Below are positions 37,989 through 47,518 of a stretch of 64,000 nt of DNA, piece by piece (positions within the stretch are counted from its first letter, which is position 1; the number at the start of each line of letters is the position of its first letter). Below the pieces are notes generated by a model that was given only the letters and a program-made list of their open reading frames with translations, had not been told where the DNA came from and did no database searches. Origin of the DNA: an uncultured virus (IMG/VR IMGVR_UViG_3300050134_000033) (taxonomy: Duplodnaviria; Heunggongvirae; Uroviricota; Caudoviricetes); the IMG/VR virus record IMGVR_UViG_3300050134_000033. One strand, 5' to 3'. A program made the position numbers and the translations under genes.

Positions 37989-39117
37989 CTTTTTTGAAAG
38001 TTGCATCGGCACGTGGTTTGATCTTACCCCATATAATGCTTCCGTAGTCTTTTTTATCCAGCATCGCGAACAGGATCGAGCACAATTCGGGCGTCTTCTG
38101 GAAGTACAAAGCGACCGACTTGCGGTACAAGGCGGGACCCAAGTCGCCGAGATCGTTCTTCGGGCGGCGGTCGAACACATACATGGCCTTCCGCTCCATC
38201 TCCCGATACCGAGCACGAAACTGCTCCACCCATCCTGAAAACCACGCGATGAACGGCGCGGGCATCGTCGGGTCGGCGATGATGGTGTCGATTGCCTCGT
38301 TCTGCCCAACCTCCAGCATTTCCCAGATCGCCTTGGGATTCAAGCCAGTCAAGATGCGGTGCAAGCGCACGTAATCCGCGAACTTCACCTTGATCTTCAA
38401 GGGCGCTACATCACGGCCCTTGTCGTAAGTCAAGACGTAGCCCTCTTCGTTCAAGTTGTTCTCGGCAGCGCATTCCGCCAGCGTCTTCTCGAACTTCTTG
38501 ACGATGGGAAACTTCTTGGCGAAAGCCCAATCCTCGCAGAACAGCCGACCGAGTTCGTAACCAGTTGCCAAGTCCACGAAGCCGAGCAACACGAGACCCT
38601 CAAAGTCGTAGTCAACGACGATGCGGTTCTCTTTGTAGATCACTTCGCACACGGGCGTAGAAAACACACCATCGCTGAAAAGCGGATAGTTGTGACGGAG
38701 CCACTCGGTCGCCCACTTTGCCTGATCCGAAGCAAACGAACCACGAGTCGCAACCCACCACTTGCCATCCCAATAGTACGGGAGCCCCATCGACCCATCC
38801 AACTTCTGGGTCGCCAGCGGTGTGATGTTCGGCAAGTTCGCGTCCATCGTCTCAGGCAGGTACTCCGTGTTGTAGTTGTGGAACTTGTTGAAGCCGCGAG
38901 CGATCACAACATCGCCATCAGGCGTGACAGCACAAATCAACCCACGGCACACGTTGGTTGCCGCATCCCAGATGCGACCGAACTGAGCCTGCTCCGAGTA
39001 GTTCAGGATGTAAAGCTGATCCGGGTAATCGGGGTGAACCTGCTTACGGATTACGCCGTCCTCGATATGCTTGAGCAGCAGATCGACAGGCAAAACGTCC
39101 TTGAGGAAAACCTTCAT
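37978..39117 (-). CDS. rnlA: RNA ligase 1 (T4 Rnl1-like)
   Basis: CRGLI, KFHN, motif I KLDGS, ATRGSF, NRIVVDY, EEGYV, KIKVK. Confidence 0.92.
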   Translation of the reverse strand: MKVFLKDVLPVDLLLKHIEDGVIRKQVHPDYPDQLYILNYSEQAQFGRIWDAATNVCRGLICAVTPDGDVVIARGFNKFHNYNTEYLPETMDANLPNITPLATQKLDGSMGLPYYWDGKWWVATRGSFASDQAKWATEWLRHNYPLFSDGVFSTPVCEVIYKENRIVVDYDFEGLVLLGFVDLATGYELGRLFCEDWAFAKKFPIVKKFEKTLAECAAENNLNEEGYVLTYDKGRDVAPLKIKVKFADYVRLHRILTGLNPKAIWEMLEVGQNEAIDTIIADPTMPAPFIAWFSGWVEQFRARYREMERKAMYVFDRRPKNDLGDLGPALYRKSVALYFQKTPELCSILFAMLDKKDYGSIIWGKIKPRADATFKKDGE

Positions 39118-39259
39118 AGTTTGATTCCAAAGCCATCCACCAGAACCACAATCAAGATCGCGACGAGCGTCAGGCCCATACCCCAGCCGCGTTTACCGTC
39201 GAACAATGCCGCGTTCGCAAACATGAGCAGGGTGAGCACAGTGTACCAGTCGTGCCGCG

Positions 39260-39568
39260 TCATCTTCGCTTTAGTTTTTCTAACAGTCGGTTCCACACGT
39301 CCTCCAGATTGTTGACCGCGCCCCAGAACTTCCACTGCACTTCATTCCCGAACTTCGTGGCGTAATGCGTGAGATAATCCCACCAGCCTGCGGGAGCGAT
39401 GAGGTACTGAGTACCCTTCGCACGCCTTACCACAAACAGCCCGTTCGGGCTCGGAGCATTCACCATCCGCACCAGCCCGGTGATTTGAATTCTGTCACCC
39501 CGTCTAAACAGATCGGGCTGCATCGTGGTGGTGATCGTTGTTTCCTCGTCTCTACCCCAACACAACAT
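39260..39568 (-). CDS. hypothetical protein
   Basis: 102 aa ORF. Confidence 0.5.
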   Translation of the reverse strand: MLCWGRDEETTITTTMQPDLFRRGDRIQITGLVRMVNAPSPNGLFVVRRAKGTQYLIAPAGWWDYLTHYATKFGNEVQWKFWGAVNNLEDVWNRLLEKLKRR

Positions 39569-39921
39569 TAGTTTACCTCTTGCTCCAGCCTCGTGAGAAG
39601 ATCATTGATTTTGACGACTGGCTTTGCGTGGTCGCACATACATTCCCGCTTGGTACAAAAGCCGTCGCCTTCGAGCACTTCGACCAACTCATCGAACTCT
39701 TTTCTGAAATCAGCTACGAGTTGCTTGTCCACGGTCGGCCTCCTGCGCCTTCTGAATTTCCCTGCTCCGCATGTTCCCCAAGGTCGTGTCAATCGTGTAC
39801 GAAATCCAACGCATTGTGTCGGGGTACGTCTCGGTCAGCCACTTGATGATGCGACCATCTTGGTCGGCTCGCATCCGAAAGCAAGCCCGCTCGACGTACC
39901 TCGGCACATAATGCACTCCCA

Positions 39922-41031
39922 TTAGAAGTTCTCCAACGCACCGCACTCGCCGCAGTAGCCGCCAACCACCCAGCCTTCCTTCGGCTTCGCGTGTGCCTGA
40001 GAACATCCGGGCGTGTGGATCGGTTCACCGCGTACAGGGTAAACCTTGATCCCATTTGCCCTCCACATTTTCACGACCTGAGGGCGGTCATCGAGAACGA
40101 ATGCGATGTTCTCCTTCCCGATGACGGCGATCAACTCGTTGAGGATTTCCTGCTTGACCACTACGTCGGGGCGGTTGTCCCCATTGTAGCGCATCAGGAT
40201 GTGGTCGAACGGGATACCATACCCCTCCAACCACTCGCAGGTGTCATCCCCGCAGAAATCGTGACGACCCGATACCGCACAAAGATTGTGCGACGGAGCC
40301 AAAGCCCGAATCCAGTCTGCCACAACCTCGTAGCAGCCATCCAAGAGGACCTTGTGCTCCTCGTAGGGATTCCGCTTCCCACGATGGTCCGCTGTGGTGC
40401 CGTCCATATCGAACAACACCCACGGGCGTCCAACCAGACGAGGCACGAACCCGCCCTTCAAGAGGGCCTGCCGCTCCATCCAAGCTCGGGTTGGCGACGT
40501 TGGCGTCATGTCTCGGTTGCTCATATTGAAACTCGTCAAATCCTTGTACTGGCGGCGGATGATCTCCTCACCAACCATGACGCCCTTTGGCGTCCCACAG
40601 GTCGGACAAGGAACTCCGCGTGCAATGTCCCGCTCAACACACTCCTTCAACGGAACATCCATGACCAAGAAGCAGAGCTTAACCTTCTGCTCGACCGCAA
40701 ACTCTTCCCACTTCTGCCGCGTGTTGCGGATGCAGTTCGTATCGTCGATGACTACGTTCTTGCCGGACTGGAGAGCGATACGAGCCCCCTCCATCTGCCA
40801 AGTGCGAACAAAGTTCTCGTTGTGCTTGTTCCAGTCCGCCCCGCAGAACAACATCTCGCGCATCTTGTCGCGGTTCAGGCGAACGGTCTTGCCCTGCGAC
40901 CGTTTCACCCGCTGCATGACCTCGGTACTCTTCCCAGAGCCAGAGATACCGACGCAGACGGTCAACTCGGGAGCGTGGTCACGCCCCGCTGAGTAGTCGT
41001 ATCGAGTCTCCGTGAATCCCTTATTCGCCAT
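39922..41031 (-). CDS. pseT: polynucleotide 5'-kinase/3'-phosphatase (T4 PseT-like)
   Basis: P-loop GISGSGKST, NRD, DDTN; HAD motifs DMDGT, SGR, DDR. Confidence 0.93.
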   Translation of the reverse strand: MANKGFTETRYDYSAGRDHAPELTVCVGISGSGKSTEVMQRVKRSQGKTVRLNRDKMREMLFCGADWNKHNENFVRTWQMEGARIALQSGKNVVIDDTNCIRNTRQKWEEFAVEQKVKLCFLVMDVPLKECVERDIARGVPCPTCGTPKGVMVGEEIIRRQYKDLTSFNMSNRDMTPTSPTRAWMERQALLKGGFVPRLVGRPWVLFDMDGTTADHRGKRNPYEEHKVLLDGCYEVVADWIRALAPSHNLCAVSGRHDFCGDDTCEWLEGYGIPFDHILMRYNGDNRPDVVVKQEILNELIAVIGKENIAFVLDDRPQVVKMWRANGIKVYPVRGEPIHTPGCSQAHAKPKEGWVVGGYCGECGALENF

Positions 41032-41808
41032 TCTGATTCCTTAACGCCCGCAATTTGGGCAGGTACTTTCTCAAAAGCTGAACTTTCCCGTCTTCCATGG
41101 CTTCCTCGCCTCGGCTGCTCATGCTGTTAGGGAAGCTTTCGCTGTACTCCAAATCCGCTTCCATATCAGCGATAATCATTTCAAGCGTGATCGCCATTTT
41201 TCCCCTCTTTTTTGTCTCTTTCGATATGGTGCTTCCAGTGTTTCTGGATACGCGGCCACACGAACATGCCGATGAGGACACCAGTCACGAGTTCCTCTAT
41301 GCCGCCCACGAACAACTCAAACTTCCAGTGGGCGGCGTCATGAAACAGCGTCCAGAACGTCTCTGGGGCTGGCGGCGGACATCCACAAGGCAGTATCACG
41401 TTGTCTCCTAGAGCTTGGCGATCACAACTTCGTCAGTCTCACCCGGCTCAACGCCAGCCAACTTGACGAACCAACGATCCCCATCCTGTGTCAGGGTGCC
41501 GCGATACGTTTTGTTGCCGACGATTACCGTTACGCCATCACCTACGTTCAGGGTGAGTGAGGGCAGCGTTTCTGTTGAATTGCTATCCATGTTAGAACCT
41601 CAGTTGAGTGATATCCATGCCGAGCAGCTTAGCGAGTTTTTCAAACTCCGCTTTGAATCGCTCTTCATAGTCGCAGAGCCCGTGACCGATGCCCGGTTTT
41701 ACTAAGGCATTGTCGCGAACTGAATTCGTGTAGCAACGGAACATCGCCCGAAGGTTGTCCATCGCCATGAACGTCTGCTCTTTCTTCGTGTACTTCTCCC
41801 GCACCACT

Positions 41809-42402
41809 TTAGATGCCACGTTTCGACCTTTCCTTCTCCCAATCCCGCAGGACTTGCTTGCTCACCTGCTTGGACATCCGTGCCCCGTACTGCGGGCGCT
41901 TGTCCGTGTAATTGAAGAACATGATGCCGTTCAAATGGTCGAACTCATGCTGCGCGACTCGGGCATTGATGTCCGTCAGCACGATCTCTTTCGCTACGCC
42001 ATCCGTCTGCCGATACTGCATTGTCACTTTCTCGGCTCGGGAGACCTGTTCGTGAATCCCGGGCAGCGACAGGCAACCCTCACGAGCATACACCGTTTTG
42101 CCCTCAAATACCAGTGTCGGGTTACACACGACGATTGGCTTCCTGACTTCAAGGGGCGGTGCACCAGCGCCGGCCCACCTACGATTAACTTCCTCGTCGT
42201 CGGGGAAGCACATAGCAAAAATCCGCTTGCTGATGCCAACCTGCGGAGCCGCGAGCCCCACACCGTTCCTGTCGTGCATTGCCAGCCCGAGGGACACCGC
42301 AAAGTCATCCAACTTCGGGCCGAACTCATTGTCCTCCACCGCATCGCAAATAGTAGACAGGACTGGATCATCCCAATACCGCACGATCAATTTATCTGCC
42401 AT
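41809..42402 (-). CDS. def: peptide deformylase
   Basis: GVGLAAPQVG, EGCLS, QHEFDHLNG. Confidence 0.96.
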   Translation of the reverse strand: MADKLIVRYWDDPVLSTICDAVEDNEFGPKLDDFAVSLGLAMHDRNGVGLAAPQVGISKRIFAMCFPDDEEVNRRWAGAGAPPLEVRKPIVVCNPTLVFEGKTVYAREGCLSLPGIHEQVSRAEKVTMQYRQTDGVAKEIVLTDINARVAQHEFDHLNGIMFFNYTDKRPQYGARMSKQVSKQVLRDWEKERSKRGI

Positions 42403-42793
42403 ACTTTTCCTCGCAATTAACCCCGAACAACTCGAAAGCGAAATTTAAGTCGCCATCCACGACTGCCCGAATATGAGTGTCCCTCCGAAACATTGCCGCC
42501 GACAACCGATGATACCCGTCCGTCAGTGCTGGACCCTGAAAACCCATTCCCGGCACCCCCACATCAATCCCGATTGGATCACGCCAGCCCTTCACTACGA
42601 AGTAGGCGATCCGCTCGATGTTTTCCTTCCGCGAGTACACGCCATGCCAACCATCCGTTACCTCGCGGCGAAGTCTTTTCTCCGCTATCGCCTTCCGTAT
42701 ATCACATGGGCGAATCTCGGAATGCGGCCACGGACAATCGGAGTACGGATTCCGCAACGCCACTACTTTCGCTAATGGCAATCTGACGGGCAT
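42392..42793 (-). CDS. ParB/Srx-like domain protein
   Basis: DPIGID...TDGYHRLSAA. Confidence 0.7.
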   Translation of the reverse strand: MPVRLPLAKVVALRNPYSDCPWPHSEIRPCDIRKAIAEKRLRREVTDGWHGVYSRKENIERIAYFVVKGWRDPIGIDVGVPGMGFQGPALTDGYHRLSAAMFRRDTHIRAVVDGDLNFAFELFGVNCEEKYGR

Positions 42794-43137
42794 TACGACG
42801 TTTTCATCCGCTCCACGTCGATCTCGCTGATGGCGCTCTCGACCTGTTCATCAGTCAGAACGAAGTCGCTGTCCATCGGCAGTCGGGCGATGACCTTGAA
42901 CTTGAAGTCTTGGTACAGCGCCAGAGCGCGTTCGCGGTCGCCGTGGAAATGGTCGAGCAGGATCGCAAGAGCAAGCTGCGCGGGTCCGCTGCCGCCGTAG
43001 CCCCAACAGAATCCCGTGGGGGAATGGTTCACCACGCGGAGGCTGGCTTCCAAATTGAGCTTTTTGCCCTTGCCGTTGGTGACGATGCGGTCGATGTCTT
43101 GAATGTCGCCGTCGTGGAGAATTTTCCCGGTGTACAT
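42793..43137 (-). CDS. conserved hypothetical protein (DUF6166-like)
   Basis: NHSPTGFCWGYGGSGPAQLALAIL; SD GGAGG. Confidence 0.75.
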   Translation of the reverse strand: MYTGKILHDGDIQDIDRIVTNGKGKKLNLEASLRVVNHSPTGFCWGYGGSGPAQLALAILLDHFHGDRERALALYQDFKFKVIARLPMDSDFVLTDEQVESAISEIDVERMKTS

Positions 43138-43153
43138 GGTTCCCTCCAGCCCT

Positions 43154-43185
43154 ATTATACCAAGAAAAATGGGAAAATCGCTAGG
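43154..43185 (-). promoter_or_regulatory. class I promoter CCTAGCGATT-N16-TATAAT
   Basis: Followed by an SD and ATG 43137. Confidence 0.8.
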
Positions 43186-43441
43186 AAGGTGGTGCACCTT
43201 TCCACCAATAATGGGGAGGGTCGATATGTTGTTGAATAACAGGGGGATACTGGGGCATGTACAGCCCTGAAATCATCGCCCCCCATATCCAAAGAGTGAC
43301 GGCGATGCCGCCGACAGTGCGTTTCACTTTGAGGAGTTTCGGAGTGGGGGCTTCAGCAAAAAGCCAGATGATGCCAAGCATGAAAAGCCATACGAGGGCG
43401 GCGATTCCCCACGGATTGAGAAATTGAAGCAATTGTTTCAT
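43181..43441 (-). CDS. small membrane protein
   Basis: Two hydrophobic helices. Confidence 0.55.
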   Translation of the reverse strand: MKQLLQFLNPWGIAALVWLFMLGIIWLFAEAPTPKLLKVKRTVGGIAVTLWIWGAMISGLYMPQYPPVIQQHIDPPHYWWKGAPPS

Positions 43442-43710
43442 TCGATTAACCCGTCGATGAGTTTTTGAAACACGGTGTCCGTTTGCCAGCCGCCGTCAAC
43501 ATAGAAATTGCAGCGGGCCTTGAAGTCTACCATCGCCTCGATCAGGGTGGGGACGTTCTTACCATTCGGTTTGATGGTGACCTGAGGATCGGTCTCATTG
43601 ATCTGGATGACGCCCATCAGTATGTCGTAATGATCGCCCACGTTGCGAAGCGCGATCCATGCTTTGTGCCCATTCTGCTTGTAGCAGCGGCACGCTAAAA
43701 TCGTTTTCAT
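43438..43710 (-). CDS. hypothetical protein
   Basis: 90 aa, coupled start/stop overlaps. Confidence 0.55.
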   Translation of the reverse strand: MKTILACRCYKQNGHKAWIALRNVGDHYDILMGVIQINETDPQVTIKPNGKNVPTLIEAMVDFKARCNFYVDGGWQTDTVFQKLIDGLIE

Positions 43711-44207
43711 TCCTTTACCTCGAATCGAGCCGACACCCGTCGCCCGCCAGCCACGAGATGCTCGGTCATCTGCTTTTCGTAGGGAGCGAAAAACTCCCGA
43801 TCCTTGTCCGTCATCGGCGGGAATGCTTCTCTGGCTGCGGCTACCTTCCGAAGTGCGGGAGACGTGTAGTGCTGCTGAAAGAAATTGGCTGGGCGACGTA
43901 CTGGTTCCGAGGGCAGGGTCGTGCTGTTAGTCCAGCTAGGCAATGGCGGCATGTTGCGGGCGAAGCTGCGCTTCCATACGTAGGAAGAATCCTTCTGGCG
44001 AACTGTAAATTCCCCAACGAACCCCGCTTGCGACTCCGAGCGAAAACCATCGGGGATATCGACCAAGACTTCATCCTCACGAATGACATGATGATACCGC
44101 ATGAGTTCGCCCATCATCGTGATAGCCGTCTCGCGTTGAATCTTCCCGAGGTAGTATTCACGTTGCAGCTTTTGTGCATCGTCAATGAATCTCGTCGCGT
44201 ATCTCAT
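43707..44207 (-). CDS. hypothetical protein
   Basis: Probable start MRYATRF. Confidence 0.6.
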   Translation of the reverse strand: MRYATRFIDDAQKLQREYYLGKIQRETAITMMGELMRYHHVIREDEVLVDIPDGFRSESQAGFVGEFTVRQKDSSYVWKRSFARNMPPLPSWTNSTTLPSEPVRRPANFFQQHYTSPALRKVAAAREAFPPMTDKDREFFAPYEKQMTEHLVAGGRRVSARFEVKE

Positions 44208-44509
44208 TTCTTCTTCCCCTCTTTCTTGGCAGCCTCGTGGTACGCCGTAATCTCTGCACGGTCGGCGGCACAATGGTCAACCACGATCTGACTCGGGTCT
44301 TCCACCATTCCGCGTAACGCCTTGCCCATCCGCTCAGCCGCGAGATCGGCATCATGGCTGTGCTTCGCCGCACCCACCAAAAACGTAGCGTCGGTATCGG
44401 TATCGATAAGAAAAACCCCCCATCGGTCATCCTTCGTCGGGTAGACTTTTACGATCAAGATATCAACGCTCCTTGTTGCGATATGTTCCGCCCATGCTCT
44501 CGAAGCCAT
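44204..44509 (-). CDS. hypothetical protein
   Basis: 101 aa ORF. Confidence 0.5.
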   Translation of the reverse strand: MASRAWAEHIATRSVDILIVKVYPTKDDRWGVFLIDTDTDATFLVGAAKHSHDADLAAERMGKALRGMVEDPSQIVVDHCAADRAEITAYHEAAKKEGKKK

Positions 44510-44772
44510 TTCGATGCGATGGTGTGGGCCTTCGGTATCGTAAGATCGGGAAACGTGGCTCTCAATCTATCACGCAACACGGGCAGTTCCAGCCCTTCGC
44601 CCGCAAACCGATTGAGATACATTTGCTGTTCCTGTCGCTCCCGCTCCACATTGAAAACCAACAAAGCGGCGTCCACCTGCGACCTGAGCCAGTCGGCGGC
44701 GTCGTGCAATCCGTGCTTGTTGCCAAGAAGGATCAGGTCTTCCAACTGTTTATCCAGCGGTTTGTCTTTCAA
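44455..44772 (-). CDS. hypothetical protein
   Basis: 105 aa; NKHGLHDAAD resembles NKLGLYDAAD in 54515-54868. Confidence 0.55.
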   Translation of the reverse strand: MKDKPLDKQLEDLILLGNKHGLHDAADWLRSQVDAALLVFNVERERQEQQMYLNRFAGEGLELPVLRDRLRATFPDLTIPKAHTIASKWLREHGRNISQQGALIS

Positions 44773-45485
44773 TCAAGTCTCCCCATGATGCGAGCCCAGC
44801 GAAGCTCGGCAACGTTCTTCTCGCCGCCTGTAATCTCCACAAGCTCATGAGCCTTCTGCTCAAGAAACCCGACCACTTCCTCACTCGCCCCGCCGCGTAC
44901 ACCCGTCAGGCGGCTGATACCGTCGTCCAAGTCCCAGAACGCTGTCACAGGCACGCCTGCGGCAACACCGCTGTGATACTGGGCACATCGCCAAACGAAA
45001 GCGAGGATGCCATCCAGCGGCTTCTTGCGGGCCAACGATTTACCGTCGTCCGTAGCCCCGACCTGAACAAGTCGGTCCCGGGTGACGTGTCCTATAAGGG
45101 CTTCCAATAGCGAGCCCCCACCACATTCTACCTTACGGCGGCGGAATTCGGCTAGAGAAATGCCGTTTGGAATGAAATACTTGGCAGCAGGCGGCACTGG
45201 GGCTAGGGCGATCTCGGGGGTTTTCTGGTAATAGTCGGCGGCGATCTTCTGGTTGGGGTACGGGAATCCCGTACTCGGGTCGATGATCTCGTATGCTTGA
45301 ACGCCGGAAACTTCACGGAAGATACGGCGGCACTCCTGAATCTCACGCTGTCGCCAGCCCGGGAGATCGTTGAACATCTCGATGTCAAGTTCGGGATGCG
45401 GAGCCCAGCCCGCGTAGTTCGCGTACCACTGCCGAGGACCGCTCTTCTTGCCTCGGGGGACCTTCTCCTGAAATAGAACATCCAT
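44769..45485 (-). CDS. hypothetical protein
   Basis: Probable start MDVLFQ. Confidence 0.65.
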   Translation of the reverse strand: MDVLFQEKVPRGKKSGPRQWYANYAGWAPHPELDIEMFNDLPGWRQREIQECRRIFREVSGVQAYEIIDPSTGFPYPNQKIAADYYQKTPEIALAPVPPAAKYFIPNGISLAEFRRRKVECGGGSLLEALIGHVTRDRLVQVGATDDGKSLARKKPLDGILAFVWRCAQYHSGVAAGVPVTAFWDLDDGISRLTGVRGGASEEVVGFLEQKAHELVEITGGEKNVAELRWARIMGRLD

Positions 45486-45715
45486 TAGGCGGAATCCACC
45501 TTGATTCCCAGTGCCTTGCACAAATCGATGACGAGATGCGGAGCGTAACCCTCGCTGTCGTAGTCTGCTCCCTCAGCGAGAACGCACGCATCGTGCTCTT
45601 CCTCACCCATGTAAGTGTCCTTCGGCGGCTTCTCCTTGTAGAGAATCCACTGTTGGTTGTCGTGGTAGTACAGGTACATCTTCGGATATTTAGCGATCAG
45701 CTTTTTGAAATCCAT
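45485..45715 (-). CDS. hypothetical protein
   Basis: 76 aa, SD GAGG. Confidence 0.55.
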   Translation of the reverse strand: MDFKKLIAKYPKMYLYYHDNQQWILYKEKPPKDTYMGEEEHDACVLAEGADYDSEGYAPHLVIDLCKALGIKVDSA

Positions 45716-46000
45716 TGCCCCTCTTGTAGTTCATCGAGAAACGAGGATGAATCCCGCTCGGCGTATTGCAGAGCATGGAAACCGTGCCCGTGGGTTTGGC
45801 GTAAGTGTGGATGCCAAAGAACACCCTGAGAAACCAACGGCGAAGGCGACGATACCAAGGTTGCTGCGTGAAGCGGGAGACTATCGCCTTGTACGTGTCC
45901 GCTTTGAGTCGCCAATAAACGATCTCTTTATTCGCCAACACGACAGGCACCACCGTGCGCTTGTCCACAGGAACTCCAGCGTCACACAGACAGCAATTCA

Positions 46001-46276
46001 TCATTCCTCCCAATTCCTGACATCCAAAATTTTCTTGATGTGTAACTTGTAGTCTGTCGCGCTCAGAGCGATCTTGTCAATCAACACCGTAACCTCGGGA
46101 GCCGTCTTCGACATGCCATTTATCATGCGGAGTTCAAATGGGAGAGAGATTGCATGTCCGTGGACACCGAATCGTTTTTCCCAATAAGGCTTACGTTCCC
46201 GATACTCGGTCTTTTTTGTGCCTACGACAATGGCCGCGAGGAACTCACGTTTAATGGTGGTTGTTATGCGCTTCAT
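46001..46276 (-). CDS. ASCH domain protein
   Basis: FLAAIVVGTKKTEYRERKPYW. Confidence 0.8.
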   Translation of the reverse strand: MKRITTTIKREFLAAIVVGTKKTEYRERKPYWEKRFGVHGHAISLPFELRMINGMSKTAPEVTVLIDKIALSATDYKLHIKKILDVRNWEE

Positions 46277-46833
46277 CGTATGCCTCTCTGTCGATGAGTC
46301 GGCCCATACAGGTTGCTCTCGCCAGCGACCGCATTCGTCTTGACGGGCATGGCGTGCGGATCAAACTTGATCGTCTTCTTAGGATTCAAGACGGTAACCT
46401 TCCTGTCCTGTTTGCGAGCATACCGCACCGTCGTCCATGTGCCCGAACGAACCTCTTCGTCCTCGGTCACGGGCGTGGCGATCATTTCCTCGGTCTCGTC
46501 TACTATATCATGGTCGCGGGCGATGAAAGGTTTTGGATCGCGGACCTCATCGTTGAAATCGGTGAACGCTCGGAACTTCGTTTCGCTAGGGTGATTCGGC
46601 GGGAAGCCCGGATGACAGACGATTCGTACACGGCAGCGGACTGAGTAATGACTGTTCCGCAGATCGTTGAGGATTGTAGCGGCTTGGGCATCGGCACCGA
46701 TGCAGTCGCCATGATGGAATTCGATGTACCCGTACTCTCGGAGGAGTTGGGTGAACAGGAGGGCGATGGACTCTTTCTGGAACTCGTCCATGCCATGGTG
46801 GGTGCCCGTGAATCCCAACTTGAGTGCTCTCAT
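46273..46833 (-). CDS. SLOG superfamily (Smf/DprA/YspA-like) protein
   Basis: GFTGT, HHGDCIGAD, ARDHDIVD, RSGTWTTVRYA. Confidence 0.8.
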   Translation of the reverse strand: MRALKLGFTGTHHGMDEFQKESIALLFTQLLREYGYIEFHHGDCIGADAQAATILNDLRNSHYSVRCRVRIVCHPGFPPNHPSETKFRAFTDFNDEVRDPKPFIARDHDIVDETEEMIATPVTEDEEVRSGTWTTVRYARKQDRKVTVLNPKKTIKFDPHAMPVKTNAVAGESNLYGPTHRQRGIR

Positions 46834-47066
46834 TTCTTTTTGAGCCTCTTGCGGACGGCGAGATCGTGCGGGCAGAGGGAGTTGATGGGCGTGTGTTTGA
46901 TGTAGCCGATACGGAGACGCTTCAGGATAGCCTTCAGGCGGATGCGACCGATGGAATTGATGACCAATTCGGCACTGCTGTCGGTGTCGGTACAACCCGG
47001 CTCGCTCATGTCAAACAAGGCGGACTCGATCTGGTCGATAGCGGCGTCAATACCCAATGGCTTCAT
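46830..47066 (-). CDS. hypothetical protein
   Basis: 78 aa, directly downstream of the Y-RNA-like elements. Confidence 0.5.
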   Translation of the reverse strand: MKPLGIDAAIDQIESALFDMSEPGCTDTDSSAELVINSIGRIRLKAILKRLRIGYIKHTPINSLCPHDLAVRKRLKKK

Positions 47067-47084
47067 CGAAGCTCCAGAAAATAG

Positions 47085-47218
47085 GCCGAGGGAACAAGCG
47101 GAACGGCTAGTTGAGGTTGGAGTCGAACCAACGACCTCCTGATTTCAAGTCAGGCGCTCTACCGCTGAGCTACTCTCCCTAAGGCGAGAGAAGTACCCGT
47201 TTCCAATCACCACTCGGC
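47085..47218 (-). ncRNA. Y-RNA (YrlA)-like RNA containing a tRNA-like domain
   Basis: Closing stem GCCGAG/CUCGGC; GUGAUUGGAAACGGGUACUUC...CCGUUCCGCUUGUUCC; internal cloverleaf. Confidence 0.7.
47108..47179 (-). tRNA. tRNA-like domain, anticodon UGA (nominally Ser), probably non-translational
   Basis: D arm GCUC/GAGC, anticodon arm CCUGA-CUUGAAA-UCAGG, T arm GUUGG-UUCGACU-CCAAC; two acceptor-stem mismatches, short variable loop, no CCA. Confidence 0.7.
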
Positions 47219-47227
47219 GAAAATATG

Positions 47228-47307
47228 GTGGGGGAACAAGCGGGACGGGGTAGCCTTTCGGCATCTCTCGTTAAAGGAAGAAGTACCCGTTTCCAATCAC
47301 CACCCAC
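47228..47307 (-). ncRNA. second, short Y-RNA-like RNA
   Basis: Shares identical 25-nt and 12-nt blocks with 47085-47218; closing stem GUGGG/CCCAC; internal GCC-GAAA-GGC hairpin. Confidence 0.65.
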
Positions 47308-47313
47308 ACAAGC

Positions 47314-47496
47314 TTACTTGGGACAATGGTTCGTATGGTCGTTGCGCTGCTGGCGGGATCGAAAGTGAACCTCGTTGCAGAACCCGCAGCTAAACGGCAA
47401 CCTTACACCCGTGCCATCCGCACCGTCCCTGAAAATTTTGATGGTACTGACTTTCCCGTCTTTCTTGATCTTCCGTTTTATGGCTTTGAATGGCAT
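47314..47496 (-). CDS. small C2H2-like zinc-finger protein
   Basis: CGFC...HTNHC; leaderless after TTGCAC-18-TAGGAT. Confidence 0.6.
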   Translation of the reverse strand: MPFKAIKRKIKKDGKVSTIKIFRDGADGTGVRLPFSCGFCNEVHFRSRQQRNDHTNHCPK

Positions 47497-47518
47497 GAGT
47501 TAATCCTACCACGACCTA

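Noticed and set aside
37989..38309. N-terminal extension of the HNH ORF 37371-38309
   Set aside because: Lies out of frame within the RNA ligase gene; likely start is about 37988
47108..47179. Functional tRNA-Ser(UGA) or a stop-suppressor tRNA
   Set aside because: No long variable arm, two acceptor-stem mismatches, embedded in a larger stem; anticodon UGA reads UCA, not a stop codon
47189..47303. 25-nt direct repeat as a mini CRISPR array
   Set aside because: Only two copies, a second shared block pairs with it, and no cas genes are in the window; better explained as duplicated structured RNAs
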